A stretch of 27,308 nt of DNA, from the NCBI GenBank assembly GCA_003224665.1, contig QHZM01000006.1:1-27308 (forward strand), written 5' to 3'. Of this stretch, positions 6,858 to 15,930 are shown piece after piece. The DNA is from Acidobacteriota bacterium (GTDB taxonomy: Bacteria > Acidobacteriota > Terriglobia > UBA7540). Within the stretch, counting starts at the first letter, position 1. The number at the start of each line of letters is the position of its first letter. Both the position numbers and the translations under genes were made by a program. Below the pieces are notes generated by a model, which was not told the DNA's origin, made no database searches, and saw only the letters and a list, made by a program, of their open reading frames with translations.

Positions 6858-8297
6858 GCGAGAGCGCCCCACCGCACCAGCCGGTGAACCTCAAGATTCA
6901 AGCCGTCAAGAATGTCGGGTCCAGTTGGTTGGCGCTTGCCGTCACGGTCGCCGTCGGTTTCTTTCTGGCTCCCTTCATCCTGCATAAGCTGGGCGACGAG
7001 GCTTACGGACTTTGGATTCTGGTCTTTTCCTTGACCGGTTATTACAGCCTTTTCGACCTCGGCATCCGCTCCACAATTGTCCGCTACGTATCAAAACTGA
7101 CGACGACGGGCGACGACGACCAGCTGGCGCGTATCATTAACACAAGCTTTTTCAGCTACAGCGTGCTCGCGGTTTCCCTCCTGGTGGTGACGGCCATCGG
7201 ATCCCGGGTTATCGATCTGCTGTTCCACGTCCCGCCGGCCTTTCTCAACGCTGCCCCGCTCCTGTTTCTGATCGTCGGTTCGTCAATCGCTCTCAATTTT
7301 CCCCTCGGCTTGTTCGCCGGCATTCTCGAGGGACTTCAAAAGTTCTACTGGCTGAACCTGACACAAATCATTTCGATCTTGCTTCGCGCCTGGCTCATTG
7401 TCGTGGCCCTGAAGCGCGGCGGCGGGTTGGTGACCATCACGCTTATTACGGTTTCCTTCCCCCTGCTCAGCTCCGTCGCCCACATCCTGATGGTACGTCG
7501 AAGTCTGCCCCTCCCGTTCGGCGCGAGGTTCGTTGACCGGAGAAGTTTTCGCCAGCTCATCAGCTACGGCGCAGCGACCTTCATGATCATCGTTGCCGCC
7601 AGGCTCCGCTTCCAGACCGATGCACTCGTGATCGGCATGTTCCTTTCTTCTTCGGCGATCACGCTCTTTTCGATCGGGTCGAAGCTGGTCGATTACCCGT
7701 ATTTTCCCGATTAGCGCGGCGCTCGTCATCCTGGGCAGGTCCCTGATTGAGATTTGGGTTGGGCCGAAGTACCTCGCCAGCTATGCGATCCTGCTGATCT
7801 TGGTCCTATCCACAACTCTTTACTCCGCGCAGGCAACTTCGACTAAGATCCTCTTCGGGATCAGCCGCCATCGAATCCTCGCGGCCGTCGTGCTGGTCGA
7901 GGGAGCGGCAAACTTGGTCCTCAGCATTGTGCTGGTGCGCTACCTCGGCATCATCGGCGTCGCTCTGGGCACCGCGATCCCTTTGACGTGCACGAGCATT
8001 TTTTTCCTGCCGCTCCACCTGTGCCGCATCCTGAAGATTCCCTTGGGGACCTTCCTGAGGCAAGCTTATCTCCTGCCCCTGGCACTCTGCACCCCCTTTG
8101 CGGTCGCGCTGCTCTCCATGCGGCACCTGTTTCACGCGCGCACCTACTTCCAGTTCCTGCTGCAGCTCGGTCCGGGGGCACTCGTGTACGGCGTCGGGTT
8201 ACTGTGGCTGTTTTTTACCAGAGAAGCGATGGGGATAAAAATGTGGACACGTTTTACTCAGTTCCTGCACGAATCCGCCGGGTGGCGGAATAGATGA
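6854..8297 (+). pseudogene. Wzx-like oligosaccharide flippase disrupted by an internal out-of-frame deletion at ~7697-7700
   Basis: GTG 6854 overlaps the TGA of the upstream gene (alternative GTG 6884). Typical multi-TM flippase sequence runs to KLVDY, then stops at 7714. The C-terminal half resumes in another frame at 7701 (IFPISAALVILGRSLIEIWVGPKY...) and ends at 8297. Confidence 0.82.
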
Positions 8298-8320
8298 CCG
8301 GGAAGGATTCCGCCCGAGTA

Positions 8321-9370
8321 TCATCCGGCATCAGGGCCTTTCTTTCCCATGCGCGGCCGCCCTTCCGTCGGCGATTCCGGAGCGGGGAATATGCTGAAAA
8401 CAACATTGACTCCGACTTTTTCCAAATTGACCTCATCGAGGCACTTTTGGGCGGACAAGTCGTAAAGGGCGATATGGGTCGGTTTTTCTCCCTCCTTAAA
8501 GGCATGCCTCACCCAATTGAGATTCTCTTTGAACTTCGTTTTGCGAACCCGAGTAAACCCCACCCACACCCTTGATTCATCCAGAACCAGGAGGCCGCGG
8601 CACCAGCCGAGCAGCGCCCTTTCCGGATTGTCGATCGTCTTCAGGTCCACCGCTTCGACGGTCCGGAGGGTGTTCTTTTCCACGACGACAATATTTCCGT
8701 CGACGGTCGTAAAGTAAATTCTGTCTCCGATCACGTGTCCGTCGTGCGGCTTTTGAACGCCGATTTCAATCCGCTGGCCTGGATGCGTCAGGCACACAGC
8801 ATCCTTCTGATCAAATCTCGTGACCCAGATCTCGTTTTCGATTTGAAAGACGAAATTGGGATGAGAGTGGTGCGGTTTGGTGGTTTCGACTTTGCGGTAA
8901 TCGATACTCTTGGAAAAGCGCGACCAGGGGTCCTCGCCCAGGACGTTCCACTCGCGACATAACTTTCCATCCCGAGTCAGCTCCACGACCATATCCAAAC
9001 CCGTGTTGGCCACCAGCAGGTGGCCTTCGGGTGTGGGCGTCACGTGATGGAGGTCGTTAAAGCAGGGCAAAGAAATATAGCCGGTCCGTATAAACTCGGG
9101 AACCTCGTAGATCAAAACCTCCGTCGAAGTGCAGGCATACAGCGTGTTGCCCTGCAGCGTTCCGCACTTGAAGACTACGGACGAGTTACCACTTGCGCGC
9201 GCTTCGAGAGGAGTGATGTGCTCGGCGCAGACTTCGGACGCCTTGGTTTCAATATCCACACGGACCACCAACGCCCGATCATAGAGGCGCCACTCTTCCT
9301 CGTCCTTGAGAAACCTTACCTTTTCACGGGCGCCAAGTACGTATAAATTCCTCACGAAAGCCCTCGACAT
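8321..9370 (-). CDS. Uncharacterised beta-propeller-like protein with conserved-looking His motifs (arylsulfotransferase/DUF4915-like by motif pattern)
   Basis: 349-aa ORF starting 1 nt after the upstream stop. Beta-rich repeats; motifs NDLHHV, HSHPN...WVTR, KPHDG and WCRGL. No signal peptide. Confidence 0.6.
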   Translation of the reverse strand: MSRAFVRNLYVLGAREKVRFLKDEEEWRLYDRALVVRVDIETKASEVCAEHITPLEARASGNSSVVFKCGTLQGNTLYACTSTEVLIYEVPEFIRTGYISLPCFNDLHHVTPTPEGHLLVANTGLDMVVELTRDGKLCREWNVLGEDPWSRFSKSIDYRKVETTKPHHSHPNFVFQIENEIWVTRFDQKDAVCLTHPGQRIEIGVQKPHDGHVIGDRIYFTTVDGNIVVVEKNTLRTVEAVDLKTIDNPERALLGWCRGLLVLDESRVWVGFTRVRKTKFKENLNWVRHAFKEGEKPTHIALYDLSAQKCLDEVNLEKVGVNVVFSIFPAPESPTEGRPRMGKKGPDAG

Positions 9371-9371
9371 T

Positions 9372-10508
9372 TCATCGCGGGGGAGTGATCAGACGAAGCC
9401 GATAGTCCCGGTATTCAACGGGGGTTCCGTCACGCCCGTCGCAAGCGGCGAGGGCGATGTTCATCATCTCACGTGCCGTGACAAAGTGGACGTGATAATC
9501 CCGCCCGCCTCGAGAATCTTCGATTAATTGGCGGACGAATTCGAGGGAGGGAGGACCCAGCAAGCATGCCTCATCCCGGGGGTCCATTCCGTGAGCATGC
9601 AGCTTGATGAAGATCCATTGGGGACGACCGCGGACCGTAACCGCTGCCTGTTTCCAGAGCTGAACTCGCCGGAGCGTGGGCGGCTGGTCTCTCGTCAGTT
9701 CGCCATTTTCGATGTGCGGAGCGAGCCAGCCTTGCTTCCGCCGCACGATCGTCAGAGCGAGCGGCCCTTGGATGATTACGGGAAAGAGCTGGGGCACACG
9801 CCCGCAACGCAAGTCGCGGCCTCGCCGATGAGGCGCCCGCTGATCGAGCGGAAGCGAGCATTCGTACATCGAATTGATCTTTCCTACCTGAGTGATGTCC
9901 GGCGCCGAAGGGAGCGTCAAGTCTGCGTAGCACCCGGTATCAGAAAGGATTTGCATCTCATTATCGACTCCACAATAGCGTCCCCGACCCGAATTTGCCA
10001 AAGCCCAATTCCCATGAACAAAGGCATACCGCGGCGGCCCCGCGCCATCCAGCCTGGAAAGGCATCCCTGTCCTGCCAACCGGTCTCTGAACTCGAGGAG
10101 GACTCGCCTCGTATTCTCGGCGGTATCAGGCCCGTCCAGCCCATGATGAAGGTGAACCTCAATTTCGCCCCACCCTTCTTTGCAGTGGTCCGCGAGGCGT
10201 TCGATCAGCACTCTGTCGTATTGTTCGGCTGGATAAAAGTAAGTATGGCGGAAAGGGAACCCGTCGGCGTCGCGCCAGGGGTCGAAAATCTTCGGATAAT
10301 CGCGACACCACCGCTCGATCCGCCGCTCCTGCTCATTGTGGCTCGCTCGCGCAGGACCCGCCCCCGGAATGACGGCAGGCTCAAAATGATCGGCCAGGCC
10401 TATGATCAAATGGACCGGCCCGTGGCGAGCCTGGCGCCTCGTCAGCCGCTGCCATAGGAAGGCCGGCAACCAGCGACAATTGCTTCGAATTTCCCTCCAT
10501 GACATCAT
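9372..10508 (-). CDS. Uncharacterised protein with polysaccharide-deacetylase-like (beta/alpha barrel, metal-binding) motifs
   Basis: Motifs DHFEP, EIEVHLHH, FVHGNWAL, DLTLPS and KLHAHG. ATG at 10508/10505 preferred over the TTG at 10550. Confidence 0.6.
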   Translation of the reverse strand: MMSWREIRSNCRWLPAFLWQRLTRRQARHGPVHLIIGLADHFEPAVIPGAGPARASHNEQERRIERWCRDYPKIFDPWRDADGFPFRHTYFYPAEQYDRVLIERLADHCKEGWGEIEVHLHHGLDGPDTAENTRRVLLEFRDRLAGQGCLSRLDGAGPPRYAFVHGNWALANSGRGRYCGVDNEMQILSDTGCYADLTLPSAPDITQVGKINSMYECSLPLDQRAPHRRGRDLRCGRVPQLFPVIIQGPLALTIVRRKQGWLAPHIENGELTRDQPPTLRRVQLWKQAAVTVRGRPQWIFIKLHAHGMDPRDEACLLGPPSLEFVRQLIEDSRGGRDYHVHFVTAREMMNIALAACDGRDGTPVEYRDYRLRLITPPR

Positions 10509-10673
10509 GGGTCGATCATCCCGCCTGGGGCTTGCGAACGGCGCCGTCAACGATAGGCATGCCCCGCGTATTCAAGTCAACTGACAATCCCTCTGGCACT
10601 TGAGTTTCCCCTGGCACGAAAACATTGGATCGCGCGCTTTGCGCGACCGGACACGTCAGCAGCTCAATTCGAG

Positions 10674-12638
10674 TCAATCTGAGCTCAGCACTGGCGCCCC
10701 CGAAGGATGGGACAACCGCCCGGCAACCTGGTCCGTTGACTCCACGTCGAGAAACACGCGATGCCAAATTTCCAGATTCAGGAGCCTCCAAACACGGTCG
10801 TGGTGATCTCGAAAGCGGGTCCGGTGTTCGGAAAATAGGCGTCGCAAGGCGTCTTTCTTAAAGATTCCGCGCCCGAGGCTCCGAGGCTCGAGTAAGAATC
10901 TCTCGATAAGATCCAACTGAGTTCCGGCCAGCCAGGTCCGCCACGGTGTGGGGAAGCCCATCTTCCGCCGGTAAATGATCCCTTTCGGCAGCAGGTCGCG
11001 TACGGCCGACTTCAGGATGGACTTCCCCGCCAGGCCACGGGTCTGAAAATGCGGCGGGATGCCGGCGGCGAACTCCACCAATCGGTGATCCAGAAACGGG
11101 ACGCGGCTTTCAATCGAGGCTGCCATGCTCATGTTGTCTTGCTTCATCAGCAATTCCACCAAGTAAGTCTTGATATCGGTATAGAGCAGGCGACTGATCA
11201 GTTCCCCGGAAGATTTCTCCCAGAATGCGAGCACGTTACGATAGGCCGTCCCAGGATCCGGGCGGAATTCGTCGGCCAGCAGATTGATCTGCTCCGGTTC
11301 CGAGAATGCCGAATAGAAATTGTCAAAATAGAATGAAACCCAGGAGTTCCCGCCACGAGCCAGAAAGGTGTGTTGCAACTTGCGCCGCAATCCGGCAGAC
11401 AAGAATCTCGAATCAGCCACCAGCCGGCGCACCCGACGGCGCAGGCCCGGCGGGGAAAGCCGACGATACAACCGGTCCGCGCGTGTGTTCCAGAGCGTCC
11501 ACGGATAGCGAGAATATCCGGCTAAAGTTTCGTCGCTGCCCTCGCCCGTCAAGACGACGGTAACGTAGCGCCGTGCAAGCCGAGCCACGAAATACAGCGC
11601 GACGCTCGAAGGCCACGCAATCGGTTCATCTTCGTGCCAGACCAGTTTCGGCAAGGCATTAAAAAATTCCTGGCGGCTTACGCGAACTTCATGATGGGTC
11701 GAACCGAGATGGGCGGCCACTCCCTTGGCATAGGGGAGCTCGCTGTCACAGGCTTCCTCATATCCGACGGAGAACGTTTCAATGGGTCCGCGTCGAATCT
11801 TGGTCATCAGCGCCGCAACCGCACTGGAATCTATGCCCCCGCTGAGGAAAACTCCCAAAGGCACATCACTCATGAGGTGGCTTGCCACCACCTCTTCAAG
11901 CTGGCCGCGATAACTTCTGATGTAGTAACTTTTCGGGTGGCGGGTCGAACTGTCGGCCGGAAGGGGAAGGTCCCAATAGGGTTCGATTCGAACCTCGCCG
12001 CCCTCCTCTAATTCCAGGGTATGCCCGGGCGGGAGCTTGTGGACCCCCGCAAAAAGAGTCTCAGTCCCCGAAAGATAACCGAAGGCAAGATACTCGGATA
12101 TAGCCGCCCGATTCAGTTCTGCTCGGACGCCAGGGTATGCCAGTAAAGCCTTAATCTCAGAACCGAACAGAAAAGTCCCGCCGTTCCGCCAGTAATAGAG
12201 CGGCTTGATCCCCAGCCGGTCTCGCGCAACCAGAAGCCGGCGTTTTCGCGCATCCCAGAGGGCGAAAGCAAACATCCCCCGCAGATGCTGCACGGAGTCC
12301 CGCCCATATTCTTCGTAAAGGTGGACGATCGTTTCCGTATCGCTCCGACTGCGGTATTGATGGCCGCGCTCCTCAAGATTCCCTCGCAGCTCCTCGTGGT
12401 TGTAGATTTCCCCGTTGTAGACCAGCCAGACCGTTCCTTCTTCATTGCTGATCGGCTGTTGTCCTGTACGCAAATCGATTATGCTCAATCTTCGGATTGC
12501 CAGACCGACGTTTCCAGACAGATAAAATCCCGCGTCGTCGGGTCCCCGGTGCACAATCTGCTGGCCCATGGCCTCGAGCCAGCGTCGTTCGACGGGAAGC
12601 TTGCTATCAAAGCTAATTACTCCACAAATGCCGCACAT
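10674..12638 (-). CDS. asnB: Asparagine synthase (glutamine-hydrolysing)-like amidotransferase
   Basis: N-terminal MCGICG (Ntn nucleophile Cys2), HRGPD, RRLSIID, NGEIYN, RDRLGIKPLYY, LSGGIDSS, GEGSDE and ESRVPFLD. Confidence 0.95.
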   Translation of the reverse strand: MCGICGVISFDSKLPVERRWLEAMGQQIVHRGPDDAGFYLSGNVGLAIRRLSIIDLRTGQQPISNEEGTVWLVYNGEIYNHEELRGNLEERGHQYRSRSDTETIVHLYEEYGRDSVQHLRGMFAFALWDARKRRLLVARDRLGIKPLYYWRNGGTFLFGSEIKALLAYPGVRAELNRAAISEYLAFGYLSGTETLFAGVHKLPPGHTLELEEGGEVRIEPYWDLPLPADSSTRHPKSYYIRSYRGQLEEVVASHLMSDVPLGVFLSGGIDSSAVAALMTKIRRGPIETFSVGYEEACDSELPYAKGVAAHLGSTHHEVRVSRQEFFNALPKLVWHEDEPIAWPSSVALYFVARLARRYVTVVLTGEGSDETLAGYSRYPWTLWNTRADRLYRRLSPPGLRRRVRRLVADSRFLSAGLRRKLQHTFLARGGNSWVSFYFDNFYSAFSEPEQINLLADEFRPDPGTAYRNVLAFWEKSSGELISRLLYTDIKTYLVELLMKQDNMSMAASIESRVPFLDHRLVEFAAGIPPHFQTRGLAGKSILKSAVRDLLPKGIIYRRKMGFPTPWRTWLAGTQLDLIERFLLEPRSLGRGIFKKDALRRLFSEHRTRFRDHHDRVWRLLNLEIWHRVFLDVESTDQVAGRLSHPSGAPVLSSD

Positions 12639-12641
12639 GAC

Positions 12642-15020
12642 CTAACCTGTTCTCTCACCTGGTTTATCCCACGCCCTCTCCGATAAAATCATACGGGCAT
12701 GACTCGCTGCATCCTCGGAGACACGTCCCAGGGAGGAATTGTCAGAGGACGAAATCCGCGTCGAGCCTCCCCGATTTGTCCACTCGTAACGCGCGAGCGG
12801 ACGTGCGATTTCGAGCAGACGACGCCCGTCGATATCCACGTAGCTCGCCTCGCAGGATATCCAGTGTTGTCCGCCGCCGGGAGCGATGCCGCAGTACAGA
12901 AATCGTGCATCGCTCGTCCAGGGTCCCAGACTCCAGCGCCGGCCTCCGGCCGCGAAAAAAAAGTAATGGCTCTCTCCTGACACCGCGTACAAGTAGCCGC
13001 GGACAGGCGGGTCGGCGGCGGCATCACCGAGCTGCGTAAGTTCGCCTAAAGTTTCCGATCCACGGAGGTCTTTTGCCAAAGGAAACACCATCACGGCAAG
13101 CTCCCGGGGCATAACAGACTCCACTCTGAACCGCACGACGAGGGCAAATTCCGATTGTCCATAAGACCGGGAGACACGATCCCGGCTTAGTTCCTTGAAC
13201 CATCCATTCCCTTGCACCTGGAGGAATGCCAACCCGGCGTTCTCCTCGTCGCGGAAGACCTCACAATTGGGGCCCACGGAATCAGCAGTAAATCCGGGGG
13301 CCAGGTGCCAGGAAACCGCAAGATCGTGTTTCCCCTTCCCTTCAGCCCGATCTCGCACTATCCAAACCCGCGATTTCAGACTAAAAATCCAGCGACGGTG
13401 CACCACCGGTTCTTGGAGCCGGCAATATCCTGTGTGGCTCCCCTGAAACAGGTCGAAAGATTCGCCGGCGACCCAGTTCTCGATACGAACCTTCGGCAAC
13501 GATTGCCAAGAAAAGGGCCCCGTGGCTTCCGCCTGATCCGCACCATCCACCTGGAGAGTATTGTGAGCGCCCGTACCGCGAAATTGATTGCGTTCCTTTC
13601 GGTCCCACAGATATGAAAACGTCCCGGAGTCAACCAGGCATTCTCGCCCGCCGACCGAAAGTTGAACGCTCAGCGCATCGGCGTGGCCATGACCGGCGGC
13701 CCCTGCGCCCTGCGGTCCCGCATCGATCAGCAGTTGGGAAGGCGATGGTTCCGAACCGGCCATAACACAGATGCCGCTCGGCTCAAACCGGTCGGAGCGA
13801 AGAGGGACAGGCGGGGGGTTCAACAGATCGAACTGCTTCAAACCGTCCGGCCCCAACAGCCAGACCGCCTCCTCGGTCGGACCGGGCGCGGAATCCTTGA
13901 AGTCGCCGCGGCTAAATATTACGGCCCCGATGGCCAGAGGGTCGAGCAGATGCCGGGGACGGTTGCGGCGGGGATCGAACACACGGCCCCCATCATCATC
14001 GCCAAAGCTCGGCACCGCCCCCGTTTGCCCCAGGCCAGCGAGGAGACCAAGCATTTGTTTGAGGGTTTGGTCAAACGACTCAGGTATCTCCGTCCGGTTC
14101 GAGGCAGCGAGGATTCGCGCGTGGAGGAAGAAGTCGAGCGCATAGACGTCGTAATAGAGGGATTGCTCAAAGTGCATACCATCCGCGCGCACCTGGCGTT
14201 GCGCTTCTTGCAGAATGATCTTCCAGCCGAGCTCCCGCCAGCCCTCTCCGGCCGCGAGTTGCGGGCACAAGGTTCCGATGAAGAATAGCCCCACCGCTTC
14301 GCCTAGCAGGTGTGTGTTCGGGGAGAAATATGTGGACAGGAACCACTCGATGTGCCGACCGTTCAGCGCTAAGGCGTTCAACAAGTCAGAGTGAAAGCTT
14401 TTCGGCACGGCTGGCGAATCGCCCAGGAGGCGCCACACCCAAAGCCACGAAAGGCTCCGAAAGGCGACTTCCAGACTGCTGGCCCAATTGATCCCCAAGG
14501 GGTAGGGATTTTTTTCTTGCCAGTGATACCATTGGCGAAACAACTCCGTAGCAAAGCGTTCTTCGCGCGCGAGGCAATATGCCTTGGCCAGCACCACCAG
14601 ATGCTGGTGCCGGTTCAGTTCCCACGTTATCTTCGAGTCCCCAACTTCGTTGAAGTCGAGGAATCCGATTTTATACCAAGGCTTAAGCGGCGCTCGCCTG
14701 CCATTCAGAATGTCGAGATGCCAATCGATTTCCTGGCCGTAGTCCAGGTTTTCATATCCCAGGAGGTCAAAACGATGCTGGCAGATGCGTTCGGCTTGCC
14801 GAACGATTTCATCGACCTCGGCAGGAAATCTTTCGAGCAGCAAATCAATTCTGGGGGCGAGTTCCTCCGGCGCGAAAAAAAAACGTCCTTCCTGAGCCTC
14901 AACCGGCGTGATTTGCTTGTGGCTTCGTTGGACCCCCAGCCGATAGGCTGCCGCGTCATAACGCTTAACGATCGCCTGGACGCTGCGTGTGCGAAGCTCG
15001 TCCCAACTCGGATGGGCCAT
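12642..15020 (-). CDS. Heparinase II/III-family protein (polysaccharide lyase-like)
   Basis: Motifs WELNRHQH, SPNTHLLGEA, DGMHFEQS, GHGHADALS, VDSGT and HNTL. Start most likely ATG 15020 or slightly upstream; the ORF-track extension to 15275 looks non-coding. Confidence 0.85.
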   Translation of the reverse strand: MAHPSWDELRTRSVQAIVKRYDAAAYRLGVQRSHKQITPVEAQEGRFFFAPEELAPRIDLLLERFPAEVDEIVRQAERICQHRFDLLGYENLDYGQEIDWHLDILNGRRAPLKPWYKIGFLDFNEVGDSKITWELNRHQHLVVLAKAYCLAREERFATELFRQWYHWQEKNPYPLGINWASSLEVAFRSLSWLWVWRLLGDSPAVPKSFHSDLLNALALNGRHIEWFLSTYFSPNTHLLGEAVGLFFIGTLCPQLAAGEGWRELGWKIILQEAQRQVRADGMHFEQSLYYDVYALDFFLHARILAASNRTEIPESFDQTLKQMLGLLAGLGQTGAVPSFGDDDGGRVFDPRRNRPRHLLDPLAIGAVIFSRGDFKDSAPGPTEEAVWLLGPDGLKQFDLLNPPPVPLRSDRFEPSGICVMAGSEPSPSQLLIDAGPQGAGAAGHGHADALSVQLSVGGRECLVDSGTFSYLWDRKERNQFRGTGAHNTLQVDGADQAEATGPFSWQSLPKVRIENWVAGESFDLFQGSHTGYCRLQEPVVHRRWIFSLKSRVWIVRDRAEGKGKHDLAVSWHLAPGFTADSVGPNCEVFRDEENAGLAFLQVQGNGWFKELSRDRVSRSYGQSEFALVVRFRVESVMPRELAVMVFPLAKDLRGSETLGELTQLGDAAADPPVRGYLYAVSGESHYFFFAAGGRRWSLGPWTSDARFLYCGIAPGGGQHWISCEASYVDIDGRRLLEIARPLARYEWTNRGGSTRISSSDNSSLGRVSEDAASHARMILSERAWDKPGERTG

Positions 15021-15182
15021 TCGCGCCAGGTATTCTCGCCACCCTCTTTGAGGAGACAAGGCCAAGTGTTGACCTACCAATTGAATGCGACCCCGATAGC
15101 AAGAATTACCGCAATCCTGCGAGAAAGCATCTCTTTCACCCCTTCGGGAATTCTTCGAAGGGACAGGGCGATGATAAAATAG

Positions 15183-15198
15183 TGGCACTTTGTTTGCA
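15183..15198 (+). promoter_or_regulatory. Sigma-54 (-24/-12) promoter candidate
   Basis: TGGCAC-TTTGT-TTGCA, with GG at 15184-85 and GC at 15196-97. It points at an AGGAGG RBS (15382-87) and ATG 15397. Confidence 0.6.
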
Positions 15199-15396
15199 GC
15201 AACCAGTTTTCGCGAATCGAAGCGACTAGGTGAGGAGCCCCTCGTATGCGCCAGCGCAGGCCCGCGAGTGGCCAAGGAAAGACAGCGCGTGGGTGTGTGT
15301 GGTTAAACTTTTTCGAATCCTCCCGAGCTATTGGTCGAGCAACTTTGTGCTGCATCCAAGGACCGCGAACTCAGATTTTCCAGGAGGATCTGTTAA

Positions 15397-15797
15397 ATGT
15401 TAAACATACGGTTCCATGCAAGTCGGTTGCCGAACTCTTGCCGAATCGATCCTGCGTGCGGCTATGAGAGGCCGACTCGCAATTGAATACTGACGGCGCG
15501 ACACGATTCTCCGAAGTCGAGGGAGGCCTCAACGGGATGACCGTTCGCAGTTTCGAGAAATTAATCAAGGCGAGTCCTTTCCAATTCGAGAAGTTCGAGG
15601 CCGTTCCCATTCGGGCGGTAAGGCGACTCCACAACCGGTTTACCCGAGAGCTCTTTACTTCCGTCGTGCGATCGAAGTTGATCAGGAAGCCCTCTCGGGA
15701 TCAAGGGTCTGAGTCATCGGGTGATGCACACTTCCAGCCTCGCCTGAAGACTGCTGCTTCCCAATCCGGCGAAAGTGACCCGGTCCGGAAACCTTAG
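15397..15797 (+). pseudogene. Remnant of a probable class I SAM-dependent methyltransferase
   Basis: Strong RBS and ATG give only a 29-aa frame ending in TGA at 15484-86. A different frame from ~15483 reads TDGATRFSEVEGGLNGMTVRSFEKLIKASPFQFEKFEAVPIR...RELFTSVVRSKL, which I recall as a methyltransferase C-terminus. No SAM-binding motif I remains. Confidence 0.45.
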
Positions 15798-15930
15798 CGC
15801 CGCCCACCGTCACTTTGGAACCCGATTTCAGGCGCGACAGGCCAACGGGCAAGAATCAGCGGGCTGCGCCATATTCCGCCGCACAAGGGTGAAACCGACG
15901 CGTGAGTCCGCTGGCAGGTGAAATACAAGT

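Noticed and set aside
9528-10457. 309-aa plus-strand ORF (likewise 13662..14288, 14391..15182, 20454..20894, 21367..22164)
   Set aside because: Antisense shadows of well-supported genes, which is common at high GC; no motifs.
10594-10625. Two CTGGCAC copies resembling sigma-54 -24 elements
   Set aside because: Neither has TTGC at -12, and both point against the local gene direction.
15021-15275. 85-aa N-terminal extension of the heparinase-like ORF
   Set aside because: Not protein-like, and it contains an opposite-strand sigma-54 motif; treated as intergenic.
15811-15832. ~22-nt similarity (GTCACTTTGGAACCCGATTTC) to 26672-26693
   Set aside because: Short, gapped, and one copy lies in coding sequence; compatible with chance.
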